Source: the human T2T-CHM13v2.0 reference genome, Homo sapiens
NCBI RefSeq assembly: GCF_009914755.1
Contig: NC_060936.1
Length of the DNA stretch: 64,000 bases
Reading direction: 5' to 3' (one strand)
Shown piece by piece: positions 28,966-43,620 of the stretch (its first letter is position 1; every line of letters begins with the position of its first letter). Made by a program: the position numbers and the translations under genes. The notes beneath the pieces were generated by a model, which searched no databases, was not told the origin of the DNA, and saw only the letters and a program-made list of their open reading frames with translations.

Positions 28966-29473
28966 GTAAGTTTTTTATATTAATAATTTTTCTCATCAAC
29001 AATGCTGTTTCTCTGACTTTTGTTTAAATTGCTGAAATTGTGGCTAGAAGCAAGTTCTTTAAATTTGTCAAGACTCTCTTGATGTCATGGCCTTTATTTC
29101 TTTGTGTTTTAGTCTCATTCTGTCGTACTGCAGACACACATTCTTCCCTGAAGGGTCATAACTACCCGTGGCTTCTAGTTGGAGCAACTGACCTTTGAAG
29201 AAAGGGGCTGCATATTCCCAATTCTAGTTTGAAAATTTTGGGGGAAAGATTATCTCTGTTTGGGTCTTGGATTTATCCCTAAAACTAGAGGTGTTCCCAG
29301 GGCACTGATGTACCATGGTTGACCCAGATTGGGCTAATAGTCTATTACTGGAAGCATGGGAGGGATGAACCTGGGCAAATAAAAACAATAGCTGTAATAG
29401 AGTCTGGTCTGCAGTTCTTGAAATATCAGTTGTCACAGAAAGTTTTCCATTGATTTTTATGCCTCTCCTGAAG

Positions 29474-29623
29474 ATTTGGATAAGATTACTGTGGAAGATG
29501 ATGTTGGTGGTGTTCAAGGGAAAAGAAAAGCAGCATCTAAAGCTGCAGCACAGCAGAGGAAGATTCTTCTGGAAGGCAGTGATGGTGATAGTGCTAATGA
29601 CACTGAACCAGACTTTGCACCTG
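29474..29623 (+). CDS. RAD51AP1: RAD51AP1 exon, DLDKITVEDD...EPDFAP (contains the SIM-like LDKITV segment)
   Basis: CTGAAG acceptor and G|GTAGGT donor. 150 nt. Confidence 0.95.
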
Positions 29624-30444
29624 GTAGGTTTTATTCTACTTCGAAATTAATTCTATGGGAATTCAGTCAAAAAAGTTCTTGGAAGCTATTAATTGTGCAA
29701 AGCACTGTGTTAAACCTTTGGGGTGTGCAAACTTCAGGGACACACAGAACAGTTCAATTCAGTGATAGCATTTGGGGAAAAAGTTTTTTCTACGAGTTAA
29801 CCTTTAAGCTATGCCTTGAAAAATGAGTAGCGTTTCAACAAACTAAAGGTGTAAAGTAGCATTTCTGACTAACAGAAAGGCATTACCTGTGGAATAGACA
29901 AATGCTCTATTTGTCTCTAACTGAGGCTTGCTGGGATGAACATGGAAGAGGCTCGAGAGGGAGGCTGGTACTAATCAGGGAGGGTCTCAGACCCACTGGA
30001 AGAAGTGTAGGCTTTTTTTTCCTGGAGGTAGTAGAAATCCATGAATTATTCTGAGGCAGAAGTGATATGAAATCTATATTTTATTATGATGGTTTTTAGA
30101 CTCATTTAGAAATTGGGCAAATGGAAAGTGTAGTGACCTTGACAGAACATTATAACATATTAATTAAAAATTTAAATTCATAAATTCATAAATGTAGGCC
30201 AAATCAAGATACCATATTTTAGATTTTGATATACTATCAACAAACAATAACAGATTTGCTCATCGTCACTTATTCGACTAATATTTGAATGCTTTTTATG
30301 TGCATTATATTCTAGATACTAGGGATACAATAGTGAAAAAAACAAACAGCTCCTGTCCTTCTGGAACAACGGAAATACATGAAAAAAGACTGTTTTGCAT
30401 TTGTTTTACTTTGGGAGGGCCTGGGAGACAGGAAAATGCAAAGA

Positions 30445-30616
30445 CACTCTTTGAGCGCCAATGTGATGCTTAAAGGAAATACTCATTTGAGCATTTTGGA
30501 TTTCTGGAATTGGAATGCCCAACTGGTATAATGCAGATGTTCCAAAACCCAAAGAAAATCTGAACCCTGAAACATGTCTGGTCCCAAGCACCTCAGATAA
30601 GGGATACTCAGCCTAT
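30445..30616. mobile_element. Tigger4/MER46-type MITE (partial)
   Basis: Clearly homologous to the 21878-22100 copy. Confidence 0.7.
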
Positions 30617-31414
30617 ACTATATGATCTAGCAATCCACTTCTGAGTATGTATCCAAAACGATTGAAAGCAGGATCTCAGGGAGACATTTGCATACCCGTG
30701 TTCATAGCAGCATTATTCATAATAGCCAAGAAGTGGAAGCAGCCCCAAAGTGACATTTCAGTTTTCCCCCTGCATTCGCTTGTCCTGGATGAGAATAGAA
30801 AGGACCATGTGTGACCTTCATTAGGGAAAGAAAAGAGAAAATTGCAGAGAAGATAAGTCTTTTCTCTAACAGTTCCCAAAATCCGTAACTGAAGTGTTTG
30901 GGCCTTCCAGATTTTCCTCTATGGGATGCGAATGACTTGGAATTTTGGGAATTCCAACTCCCCATCTCTAATTTTATTTAAATTGCTTTCTCAATTGACT
31001 GACGAAGATTAGTTGGACCCCATTTCTGAACAAGCTTGTTAAACAGAAATGTTGCCAGGGCCTACTGTTTATCCTCTTGAGCCAAGAAGAGAATCCTTCA
31101 GACTTCTAAGTTACTGAACACATGCAGTATCAGAACTATTGGATACACAGAAAGTTTTGTTGTAGATAATATATTTGGAAAGTTTGGAGAAAGTTCCTCT
31201 ACCCCTTGCCTTCTTTGAGCGGAGAGCTTCTTAGGATTGCTTGAATTTGCAGGCTGCATTTCTAACAGCCCTCATGGGACCTGCTGGCCTTTCTGGGCTG
31301 ATTCTCTATAGCACGGGAACCGTTATGTGAACATGTGAGTTGATTATCTTTAACATTGTGTGTGGGAACAATGATAGAATAAGGACATTGCAATTTGAAG
31401 ATCATAATGACATT

Positions 31415-31726
31415 GTTTTTTGTTTTTGTTTCGTTTTGTTTTTTGAGATGGAATCTCGCTCTGTCGCCCAGGCGGGAGTGTAGTGGCACGATCTTGGCTG
31501 ACCATGGCCTCCGCCTCACAGGTTCAAGCAATTCTTGTGTCTCAGCCTCCCAAGTAGCTGGGACTACAGGCATGCGCCACCATGCCTAACTAATTTCTGT
31601 ATTTTTAGTAGAGATGGAGTTTCAGCATGTTGGCCAGGGTGGTCTTGAACTCCTGACCTCATGTGATCCACCTGCTTTGGCCTACCAAAGTGTTGGGATT
31701 ACAGAGGTGAACCACTGTGCCCAGCC
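31415..31726 (-). mobile_element. Alu (AluS-type)
   Basis: Reverse Alu dimer; TSD aatgacattgtt. Confidence 0.93.
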
Positions 31727-31846
31727 CATAAATGACATTGTTGATTTAGGTAAAGGTCATCAATGGAAGGTTGATAAGGATCTTTACAATGTTGAATTCA
31801 GGCTGGCATCACCTGAACCACCTAAGAGAGGGACAACCACACATTA

Positions 31847-32326
<480 letters not shown>

Positions 32327-33769
32327 CTAGAAAACAGACAAATCCAGAATTTAGGACATTCTACAGGACAATTGACTCAACTGCTTCAGCAAGTCAGACA
32401 CAAGGGAGGACAGGGAGAAGATACTGCTCTATATTAAAAGAGATTAATATAGACTGAATAGAAGATGATACCAAGAAACTAGTGTTGGTATTGCTAGATG
32501 TAATAATGGCATTGTTGTATGAGAAAATGCTTATGTTTTTTAGAGATACATTCTGAAGTATGTAGGAATGTAATGATGTGATGCCTTGATTTTATTTTAA
32601 TATACTACAAAAGGGAATAGAAGAAGAAGAGCGAGATAGATGAAACAAATGGAGCAAAATGTTGATAATTGTTGAATCTGAGTGGTGGTTTATTACTGTC
32701 TACTGTGGTATAGGTTTGAAAATTTTATATGATTGTATTTTACATATAATATTTCTTATAGATAGGTAGATATTAGTATGTGGGGACAATAGTGGTTATC
32801 TCTGAGTGGTGAGATTACAGAGTAGATTTTCTTTAATAAAGTTTTGTATGGTCTGTATTTTCTACAATCAGCATGTACTGTTTATTTTTCATTTTATTTG
32901 TACATTTTTTGATTTAAGCATTTTCTGCAATAAGCATGTCCATAATATTAAAAATGTAAAAAAGTTTTATATTAATATAGGACTAACCCTATTTACACTT
33001 AGTTTTCAGAGTTTATCTACAAGGCATGGTTTTCTGATCCTAACCCCCTCAAAAAATAGAAAGATCATTGCTTAACTATCAGGTTAGGAAATGCTTTTTT
33101 CTAGAGCAGCTGTAGCACTTTCAAAATTAGATCACTGGCTTATATTTTGCCACGAAGTGCAGAAAAGCATTTTTGAGAAATAAAGGTTTGTCCCAAATGA
33201 AATCAGCTCTAGGATTATCTGCTAAGATTGTTGTGTATGGTTATCTCAATTCTCATTTGGTCTGTTCCAGAATGTTGAAGTTTATGTGATTAAGGGAAGG
33301 CTCACTATTACCATAAATGTCACTGTTTTGAAAGACTAGCTATTGTCATACCCTACCATTCTTTTCAAAAGTCACTGAGTTAAAATGGTAAAATCTGAAG
33401 TAAAGATTACTGATGGGAAATTTATAGTGATGGTGGTAATAGCAAACAATTTTATTTTGCTCAGTATATTGCAGATGTTATTCTAAATGCATTATATATA
33501 TATTAACTCATTTAATCCACGCAACAACCCTTTGATGGAGGTTTACAGTTATCCCCATTTTCTAGGTGAGGAAACTGAGGCTCAGTGAAGTTAGTGACCT
33601 GTCTGAGGATGCAAACCCAGGCACCCACAATGGCAACCACTGCAGTGTTCTGCTACTGGAAACAGTGCAGCACAAAGGTGCATAAGAATCTGAAAGCTGT
33701 GGATAAAGTTAAGGCAACAGAATCCTCACTTTTTAGAGCAAAGATGAACTATATAATCTTCTGTTTTAG

Positions 33770-33934
33770 GTGAAGATTCTGAGGATGATTCTGATTTTTG
33801 TGAGAGTGAGGATAATGACGAAGACTTCTCTATGAGAAAAAGTAAAGTTAAAGAAATTAAAAAGAAAGAAGTGAAGGTAAAATCCCCAGTAGAAAAGAAA
33901 GAGAAGAAATCTAAATCCAAATGTAATGCTTTGG
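33770..33934 (+). CDS. RAD51AP1: RAD51AP1 exon, GEDSEDDSDF...KSKCNAL (acidic then lysine-rich)
   Basis: TTTTAG acceptor and G|GTAAGC donor. 165 nt. Confidence 0.95.
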
Positions 33935-34879
33935 GTAAGCTTGGTCCAAAACACTTAATTTTATAAAGGAAATGTATGTGGTTTGTTTGCCGTATTTTTC
34001 TTATTTTTGCCTTTGTTCTCTTTAACATTTTCCTAACGTCCATTTCTTGTTAAAATATGTAAAAGGAAGGTGGGGTGGGGAAGGGAGAAAAGCGGACAAG
34101 AATGCTGACTCCACTACGTATGCTAGCACTTACTGTATATGACCTCACTTTGGTACTCATGGCTGCCGTCTGTGGTTAGCTGTTGTCACCTGCATTCTAC
34201 AGTGAAAAACTGAGTGTCAGAGAGGTTAAATAATTTGTTGGAAATCTTACATCTAATAGGTGAAGGGCTAGAATTTGAACCCATGTTTGTCCATTCAGAG
34301 TCTAAGCTGTATCTTGGACCATATTTTCTCCAGACAAAACAAGGAAGTTTGCATAATTCTAATTTTTTGCTTTTGTGCTTTACTTAGTCTGATTTGAGAG
34401 CTCTTTTGCCACATGTTTAGGGCCCTTTTTTTTTTTTTATTTCCCCAAAACAAATTCCATTAGAAACTACTTTTATGATAAAACGTTTAAAATTTATGGT
34501 GACTCGAACATGGAATACCTGTTTCTTGTGTAAAAGAAGTTAGGATATTTTTGAGTTCATAGTATATGATAGGTTATTGCAAAATATAACTGTCATTAAC
34601 TGAGTTTGTTTTATTTCTTGATAATCATTTTTATGTCTTGGTTTATTTAATATATATGCTATTGATATTAAAAGTTCCATTATTTAGTCTTTCCATTTAT
34701 TCATAGGAGCTGCTGTCACCTTCAGTAGCCTGTTGCTGAGTACTTACTAAGAATTAAATGAGAATTAAGTACTGATTGAGTTATATTCTTCTCTCTCCTG
34801 TATTTTGAATTAATGAGGTTTTTTAATTAGAGTGTTTTTTTTTTAATTGATGACTTCATCTGGGTTCCAGAAATTCTGA

Positions 34880-35272
34880 GTATCAGAAGTCGAAAGTGGT
34901 TCTCACTGGGCTAAAATCAAGTAGTCAGCAAAACTGTGGTCCTTTGTGGAGGCTCTAGGAGACAAACCACGTTCTTGTCTTTTCTAGCTCCTTGAGGGTG
35001 CATTTCTTGGCTTGTGGCCCCTTCCACCTTCAGAGAGCAATGGCAGGGACTTTCTCACATCATGTTACTCGACTCTGACTTTCTTCCTGCTCACGTTTAC
35101 TTATAAGGACCCTGTGATTACATTGGGCCCCTCCAGATAATTCAGTGTAATTTCCCCATCTAAGATTCTTAATTACATCTGCAAAGTCCCTTTGCCATGT
35201 AAGGTAACATATTCACATGTTCTGGCAATGACGATGTAGACATCTGAGGAGCCAGTATTCTGCCTACTACAA
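34880..35272 (-). mobile_element. MLT1-type MaLR LTR
   Basis: aaggaccctgtgattacattgggccc...catctgcaaagtccctttgccatgtaaggtaacatattcac. Confidence 0.85.
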
Positions 35273-35617
35273 GCTATAATAGGAAAAAGTTATTAACACC
35301 ATGAATATATTTTGTATTTTCTTTAGATGTTTGTTTATGCTTCTTCACCAAGACACACTAATAACTAAAAATAAAACTTCAGTTCCCAAGTTGGAGTTTA
35401 CCATTTAAAATCTTTTCTCTATCCCTTGGAGCAAGTTGCTTCACAACTGAGATTTAATATATAATATTAGAAATGAAATTTAACCATTAAGTGATAGGAC
35501 TAGGAATTAGGAAAAATGGATTATATTTTTAGTCCTACTAGTAATGTATTGGGTAAACTTTGCGAATTGTGTCTAGCACATGTTATAATTTTCCCTTGAT
35601 AGAAAAAATGTTGAGAG

Positions 35618-35828
35618 CTATGCTGTCCAATATGGTAACCTCTAGCCATGTGTGGCTATATTACATTTGAATTAATTAAAATTAAGTAAAATTTAAAAAT
35701 CAGTTCCTCAGTTTTGCAAGCCACATTTCAAGTGCACAGTAACTGTATATGGCTAGCGGCTACCATATTGGACAGCACAAAACACAAAACATTTCTATAA
35801 TCACAGAAAGTTCCATCAGACAGTGCTG
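35618..35828. mobile_element. MER3-type hAT MITE
   Basis: gctgtccaatatggta...taccatattggacagc inverted arms. Confidence 0.75.
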
Positions 35829-35889
35829 ATCTAGAGGATGCAGATGTTAACATTAGGAAGAGTATACGGTGAAAATGTTCATGTTTATA

Positions 35890-37030
35890 TGTGTTGAAAT
35901 ACCCCTAGGTATCTCAAAACAAGCACTGTCTGAAAGTGAACTTAATGCCACCTCTCCTCCCTCCCCACCACCAAAAAAATAAATAAATAGAACCAAAACA
36001 TACTTCCAGGCTTGTGTTTATTCTCTAGATAAATGGCACCATCAAAGTGTGCCCATGACAGGAACCTGCAAGTCATGGATTATTTCTTCATCTCCATTGC
36101 TGCCTCCCACCTATTTTTGCCAAAACATATCTAATGTGCTGTTTTCCTTCTATTCTCCACCTTAGCAGGCCCCCATTTCCTCTTACCTGATTACCATAAT
36201 AACCTTCTAAGTAGCCTACTTCTCCTACACTACCACCAGAAAGATGTTTTTAAAATACAAATCACTCCTGAGAAAAATATGTGCATGACTGTGACTAGCC
36301 AGACTCTTGTACATGGTCTGCAAAGCTCTTCATAAGTGATCTACACCCAGTGTCTATCTCTCACATTTCCTACCCTTGAGATTTCTGCTCCAGCCGTACA
36401 CTGAACCAGTCAGTACTACTGATTCTGGAACTTGGTGCATCCTCCATCTTTGCACACTGTACTCCCTCTGCCTGGAAAGCTTCTCTCAATTCACCTTTAC
36501 TCTTCAATCTTGATTTGGTTCAGACCATCCTCACTCACCTCCTTCTAACTTTAAAACACATACCCCCAGATTGCAGTTTCCTTTTCTACTTGGCATACCT
36601 TTAGAGTCTGCCATATCCCTTACCACACTGCATTTTACACATCTTTACTTTCCTGTTCTTCCCACTGAAGTCTAGTGACTAAACCTTAAAGTCCTTGGGA
36701 GCAGGAGCCATGTTTCTAACCCTAGAGCCTGACACATAATCTCACTGACACATACTCACGAGACACTATTGTGTAATGGTTAGTTACAAGGATGGGATTT
36801 TGGAGGAAAATCTGGTTTCTAAGCTTAGATGCTTACTAGCTGTCAGACTACAGGCAGATTGCTTAACGTCTCTGTTTCCTTCTCTGAGAGTGGGGATAGT
36901 AATATCTGTATTGGAGTTGTTGTAAAGAGTTAGAGGTAATGTGTGTGATATGCCTACCACACTGCCTGGCATATTAATGCTCATAAAAGATGGCTATTCT
37001 TAGGCTCTCAATAAATGTTTGTTGATTAAT
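35890..37030 (+). mobile_element. L2 fragments with a MIR (~36790-37000)
   Basis: L2 motifs, MIR core, terminal ctcaataaatgtttgttga. Confidence 0.65.
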
Positions 37031-37139
37031 AAGTTTATTTTTTATATGATTATGTAACTTTATAATTTTTACACATATATGCTAGACTTACTTTTTCTTC
37101 CTGCATGACAAACATTTTTACGTATATTTTTCAAATAAG

Positions 37140-37289
37140 TGACTTCGGTGGACTCTGCTCCAGCTGCCGTCAAATCAGAATCTCAGTCCTTGCCAAAAAA
37201 GGTTTCTCTGTCTTCAGATACCACTAGGAAACCATTAGAAATACGCAGTCCTTCAGCTGAAAGCAAGAAACCTAAATGGGTCCCACCAG
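37140..37289 (+). CDS. RAD51AP1: RAD51AP1 penultimate exon, VTSVDSAP...KKPKWVPP (WVPP DMC1-interaction motif)
   Basis: AATAAG acceptor and G|GTATGG donor. 150 nt. Confidence 0.95.
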
Positions 37290-39643
37290 GTATGGCATAT
37301 TTATCATCAAGGACAGGAGCTTGGAAAATTATCACTGGTAAATTTTTTTCCTAGTTACAAACATCATGTGTGAGCATTTCCCCATATTATTACATATTCT
37401 TCAAAACCAAAGTTCCTGGTTGCTGCATATATTCATTTATTTAACCATTCCTTATTATTGGACATCCAGGTTTATTATTTTTTCAGTGCTATAAATAAGA
37501 TTGCAATAAGTGCAAATGTCCTTATTTTAGAAATCTCTGGGCATATTACTGATTATTTTCCTAGGATAAAATTTCTAGTAGGAAAATTACAGTGTTAAAG
37601 GGTGTAAACATTTGAGATTCCTGAAGTATGTATTTCTGGCAGCAAATCTTTTGCTCAGGACCTGCTGACCTCCACAGTCTGACTGAAGCCTTGGGATCTA
37701 TATGTGGCAATTCTAGCATTTAACAAATGCCCTAGCAAACTCAACCTCTTGCTTTCACAAATTTCACTTCTCTGTTTTCTTTTGCTCCACAGCCAAGTCT
37801 CATGGATCCTTCAAGAATTCTTTGACCTTCACCCTTCTTGACATTACTAAAACCCTAATCCAGGCCCAAATTGTTGCTGCCTTTCCTAACCAGTCCTGTC
37901 TTTACTTTCTGTCATCCACCTGCATGAACCGTCCACTTCAGTGAAATTGAAACACTTTTTGTCTCTCAAACATGTTGTATGTATGCCTCTCTCAGGGCCT
38001 CTCTTAATCCTCCTCTGCCTGGTGTGTCTTTCTTCATGTGTCCCCTCTCCTTGCCTGAGCCCTTCCAATTCTACTCCTGTTTTTCTTTTGAGGGGCCTCT
38101 CTTGATTGGTCCACAGTGCTCACTCCCCTGCTGACTACTATTCATAGATTTAGGCGTGAGCTGTGAGGCTGCATGATTACTTAACTTACAGAGTCTTCAT
38201 TTCATCATGTGAAATATTGGGAACAACTGTAATCTTTAAAGTCCATTCTGGTTTACAACTTCTAAGATTTTTAATGAGGACTTAAAAACTTTTTGGAGAA
38301 GGAAAGGAGGGAAGATTAATTACTTGATGTCATATCATTCAAAGAGTAATACTTAGTATATTTCTAAAAATAATTAATGCTTCCCCAATGAAGGAAATTT
38401 AAATGGAGTGATATAACTATAGAAATTTAAAAGTAGCATAATTAAAAAAATACAAGGAAACAGTGGAATGATGGATAAAGAGTTAATGTCATCAAGCACA
38501 AAGTGCTTATCAAGTCAGCATGTGACAGTCAGGCAAGTGATGTAAACGAGTGAATTGGGCCCATGCAGTAGACTTGCGTGGGTAGGAATTTTGTTGGACT
38601 CAGGAGCGCGTACCCTTTTGAAGGAAGCAGCTGCTACTCAGCTCCATCGTATTGTTTCCATGCAAGATTATGGGCTTGGTATTTCTAGATCTGATTGCTG
38701 TTTTCAAGAGAAGCCAGAAATCCAGATTTTAATATGAAATCTGCTAATTTTTGTAAGTTGATTTTTTTTGTTGTTGTTGTTAGCACCATGTGAACCAAAA
38801 CAATATATCTGAGAGCTAGATTTGGCCCTCAGATTGCCAGTTTGTTACCTATCTTATACAACTGGAGAAGACCACCAAGACCCCAAAAGTAAAATTAGCC
38901 AGAGGCATAAATATAACAGTGTCCCCAAGAACTATTAATACAACAAGAAAATATGAAGAGTTTCAGTCTCACTGGTAATTAAGGAAGTGTAAATTAAAAT
39001 AAAATACTATTTTATACCTTTCAAACTAGAAAACAATAAAGCAGTATAGTCTGAGTTATAGGGTAGCAGGTATAATTATTTATTTTAAATTTATAATACT
39101 GTTGTGTAGGCGAGCAACTACAGTCACCATCAACTGTGAACATTCATGTGGATAATTTTGAAATAGATGGAAATAATTGCGACATTAGGATAATAGTATA
39201 ATGAAACTAGTATAAATAAATAACAATATTTGCCATTTTTAAAGGTATTTAATAATTGAAAAATAGACTCTTCAAGGACTACTTGTAAAAATTGCAGGAC
39301 CTTAAAAATGCATTTGCTTTTTCTATTACTTTAGAAATTATAATTATATGCATTTTTGTATGCCTTTACAACTAGCATTATTTGTTCCCAGCCTTCCTTT
39401 TTCAGCTTTCATGGTGAGGTTTTAGTGTCATTACCTTGGCTTCTGGGATGTTTGGAAATAGGCAATACTGTATTAATTTCTGCTCTTTAGAACATTCTGT
39501 TCTTTTGATCTAGTTTATTGCTTGATAGACACTGGAAAGCAGAATAATGCTTAACTACCTTTTTTTTGCTGCTTATTTTATAAATTAATCTTTGTTAAGA
39601 GATTTCTGACATCATCAGCATCACATCATATGTTTCCTTTCAG

Positions 39644-39780
39644 CGGCATCTGGAGGTAGCAGAAGTAGCAGCAGCCCACTGGTGGTAGTGTCTGTGAAGT
39701 CTCCCAATCAGAGTCTCCGCCTTGGCTTGTCCAGATTAGCACGAGTTAAACCTTTGCATCCAAATGCCACTAGCACCTGA
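39644..39780 (+). CDS. RAD51AP1: RAD51AP1 last coding exon, ASGGSRSSS...LRLGLSRLARVKPLHPNATST* (C-terminal RAD51-binding motif)
   Basis: TTTCAG acceptor and TGA at 39778-39780. Constitutive exons total 1008 nt = 335 aa plus stop. Confidence 0.96.
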
Positions 39781-40835
39781 GTGTGGTACAGGAGGAATGT
39801 TTGGTTGGGAGAATCACAGCTTTACAAGGGTGTTTATATTTGATTTGTGTTTATATTTGAGGCAGGTATTGTAATATAAAGGAATCCATTACCATGTCCT
39901 ATAAATGACCTCTAGCCATTTTATGATTATGTTCTCTGTAAAACTCTTCAAGACTTCAATGAGAAGTTTGTTTATAAGAATTATCTTCTCATACCTTTCC
40001 TTGTGAAGAGCGTATTCTGTTTTTCTATCAGTTCGACATGAAGTCCACATCACATGCTGTTCTTTTCTAGTTACATGATGTGCCTTTCTAGCTTTGTCTA
40101 GTTTATAGCACCTTAACTTTAACTGTTCAGTTTTATCTGGCAGAGGAAAACATTCTTATTTCTTTCAGAAGACATTTCTGAAATCTTATAAGCTACTTAA
40201 GCTACGTTGTCAGTTTTATCGCAAAGATGTTTTGTATTTTAGCCAAATCTTTTTATAGTACAAACTTAGAATTATTTTACACACTAAAATGGTTGCAGTT
40301 TTATGGCATATGTCTCCGATTTAGATGGTTATTCTCTAGAAAATAGTATTTAAAGACATTTTATGAAATCTTCATTGTCAAAACCTTTAATAAAAGTGGA
40401 AATATTTTGAAATGCCCTTTTTCTTGATACCACTCATCCACGTGTTCCTGATTGTCCACATTTCATGATAAAATGAGAGCTCTGCAGAGAATGTTAGCCT
40501 TTCTGTTGTAAATGTAATCTTCAAGTAGTCACTTTTTGTTAAGTTCTTTAGAAAGTAGTTGTCAAGTACTTAGTCATCCCTATTATGATATGAGATAGTA
40601 CAGCTTTTCAGGAAGCTTAGATCTGAATTTACTTTGAAAAACAATTGTAATGAATATTTTATATTTACATTGAGAATTTCAACTAGCTTCTGATCAATTT
40701 TTAATAAAAAATTTTCAAATCATGTTAGCTGTTAAAAAATGTATAATAACTCAGTTTTTCTTGGTTTATGGAAATATCTATATTAATGTGAAAATAATTA
40801 ATTTAGAATTGTGATTAAAGTGAGCATTTGTCTAT
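39781..40835 (+). other. RAD51AP1: RAD51AP1 3'UTR with tandem poly(A) signals
   Basis: AU-rich and free of recognisable repeats. AATAAA at 40389 and 40703, ATTAAA at 40814 followed by a GU/U-rich stretch. The end position is approximate. Confidence 0.75.
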
Positions 40836-42182
40836 TGCTGTTGTACACTTCTTTTATCTAACGTATATTTTTATAGTGTCATATACCAGCCCCCTAACCT
40901 GCCCCACCTGTCCCCTTTTTAAAAACATATTTTCCAGTTACATAGCACTGAGGTACTCTATTTGGTGTAGATCAACAATAAACATAAGAGCCTACTGTAT
41001 ATTAGGTACTGATATAATTGATTAATCATCTGGCACCAGCTCAATAACCTGTTTTTGCCGTGTTCTTTATAGTTTATCAGGGGATTTGAAAATTACCTCA
41101 AAGTATGTTAAAACCAGCCTGGCTGAAAGCACTGATACCTTTATGTTGCCAAACCCAGTGTACAATTTTCTCACCTAATCTTATACACCCTATTCATTAT
41201 ACTCTGATGAAAACATTTGATTTCCTTGGCTCATGTGACACATTTCTTTGTCATTTCTTCCCATCTCCATGCCTACTCTTCATTATTTTGCAGCTTTCTA
41301 ATCTGTTGTGTCACCTTTACCTACTTGTCTTACCAGTTTCATGTTCTATGCAAACTCCAGGGGTCACTTATGTGACAGTGACTGCCAAGTCAGGGTCTGT
41401 ACCCTATACCATGCTCTTGACAACAGAACCTGTGGATGGTCCACTGACAATTTGATGTAGCAGATCAGTTGTTAAATTCAACGTCTCCTCCTACCCCTGA
41501 CATCTCTCCTGTGTTTTCTGTTGGTAAATGAATGGCACCACCATCACTGCAGGTGCCAAAGGTGTCATCCTGGGATTGAGTCTTCTCTCGACTTTCACAT
41601 CCAGTCACCAAGTCTTACTCCATTTCCTAAATTTCTCAAAACTACTCTTCCATGTGCTCTCCCTTACTCTGAAACATCATCACTCACTATTTCTAACAGG
41701 CATCCTTGCCTTGATTCTTAACCTACTCGGGCCTACTTCCATTGTTATTGCCACAGAGGGTTTTATAAAATAAAGTCAGCATGAACACCCCTCTGCAGTC
41801 TGCACATACACACCTTACCCTGGTCGAGTTCATAGCCTACTTGGTGTCTGACTCCCCCTTTCCTGCTGCTTCAACCTTGTCTCTGCCCACGTGCAACTTT
41901 GATCCCTGCCCCACTAAACTGGGTGCTGGCACAATGGTACCAAGCTTTTCTATGGCTCTGGCCTTCAGAATAGGACTTGCCTCCTTTACGTAGACAACTA
42001 CTGCCTGTCCTTGAAGACTCAGATTCAACTCAGCTCTTTCAGAAAGCTTCATTTGAATGTCTTTTCTGCCTGGACCAGACTGTGCACCTCCAGGTCAACC
42101 TACTGCCACTCAATTACAAATTTCCCTTTTCATGCTTTCTACAATCTGGTGCAGAGTAAGCACTCAAAAAGTGTTCAGCTGA

Positions 42183-42663
<481 letters not shown>

Positions 42664-42899
42664 GAACTTCTGTGATGTAATTCTGATAACCACATGCTTC
42701 GCTTGAAGAAGGGGAGAGAGTAGGGATAATTTCATGTGTCCGGTCTGGGCAACCAACTTTAAGTTCTTTATGCTGGGATTTTGTTCAATTCTTGCCCTAT
42801 ACTTTAAAGAACTGGGGCAAGAGAATGCGAGTAGGAGGACGAGGAGTATGTTCTTCAGGCTGCTACTCTGCAAGGTGGTTTGGGACCACAGCCTGAGAA

Positions 42900-43620
42900 A
42901 GCCCTTCCAGCTCTGGAGTCATAAAAAGGGCGGGAGCCGTTTCTATAGCGACGGGAGGAGGGCGTGGCCGTCCCTTGCCCTCTGCCGGGCTCTCACAGCC
43001 TCCCGCAGCGGCGGGCGGTCAGCGCCGGCCTCATGCAGCTCCTCCCGCCGCCTATCCGCACCGGAACAAAGTAAGGGCCGCGGAGGCTCGTACTTCACGA
43101 GCAGTCAGGCACGAGTACGAGGCAGGCGACGAAGCTTCTGGTCGACGGGGTCGTGGGGGGAGAATGAAAAGCGTGCAGAATGCAAGAGCTGACCGGGGAA
43201 TGTGGGTCAGAGAGAGGCGGGCTGTGGTGCGCGGACAAGAAAATACAGTTGTAGTTTTTGCAGCAGCTGCATCCCCGGAATCCGACGTCAGTATACTTCC
43301 ATGTTAAGATGCTGTCGCATCGGCGACTCCAGCTGAGTGCAGGACAGGGAGCGAGGGGTTCTGAGGAACTCAGCAGACCTATCCTGGAACTGTGCTTCCA
43401 GCCCTCACTGGGACGCCAGACTTTCTTCCTCCCTTTCTTTCTCTTCTTTACTGCATGTCCTCTTGGTAGTCGTAAGTGGGTCCACGACCACACGCCTCGC
43501 GTGGATGAGGCTCTGGCAGGCATTACTCATGTTCCCACCCAGCCCATATGCCCGGGCACCTCTGTGCTCAACCAGGGCCCAGCCCCTGACACAAAAGCGC
43601 GCGAAGGTGTGTGTAGATCA
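42900..43620 (+). promoter_or_regulatory. DYRK4: CpG-island promoter of the long DYRK4 isoform
   Basis: Dense CpG. GC box GGGCGGG ~42928, GGGCGTGGC ~42960, CRE-like GACGTCA ~43284. Confidence 0.8.
43033..43070 (+). CDS. DYRK4: DYRK4 long-isoform exon 1 coding part, MQLLPPPIRTGT(K)
   Basis: ATG in the CpG island and donor AA|GTAAGG. 38 nt, phase 2, joining the next exon in frame. Matches the recalled DYRK4 long N-terminus. Confidence 0.88.
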
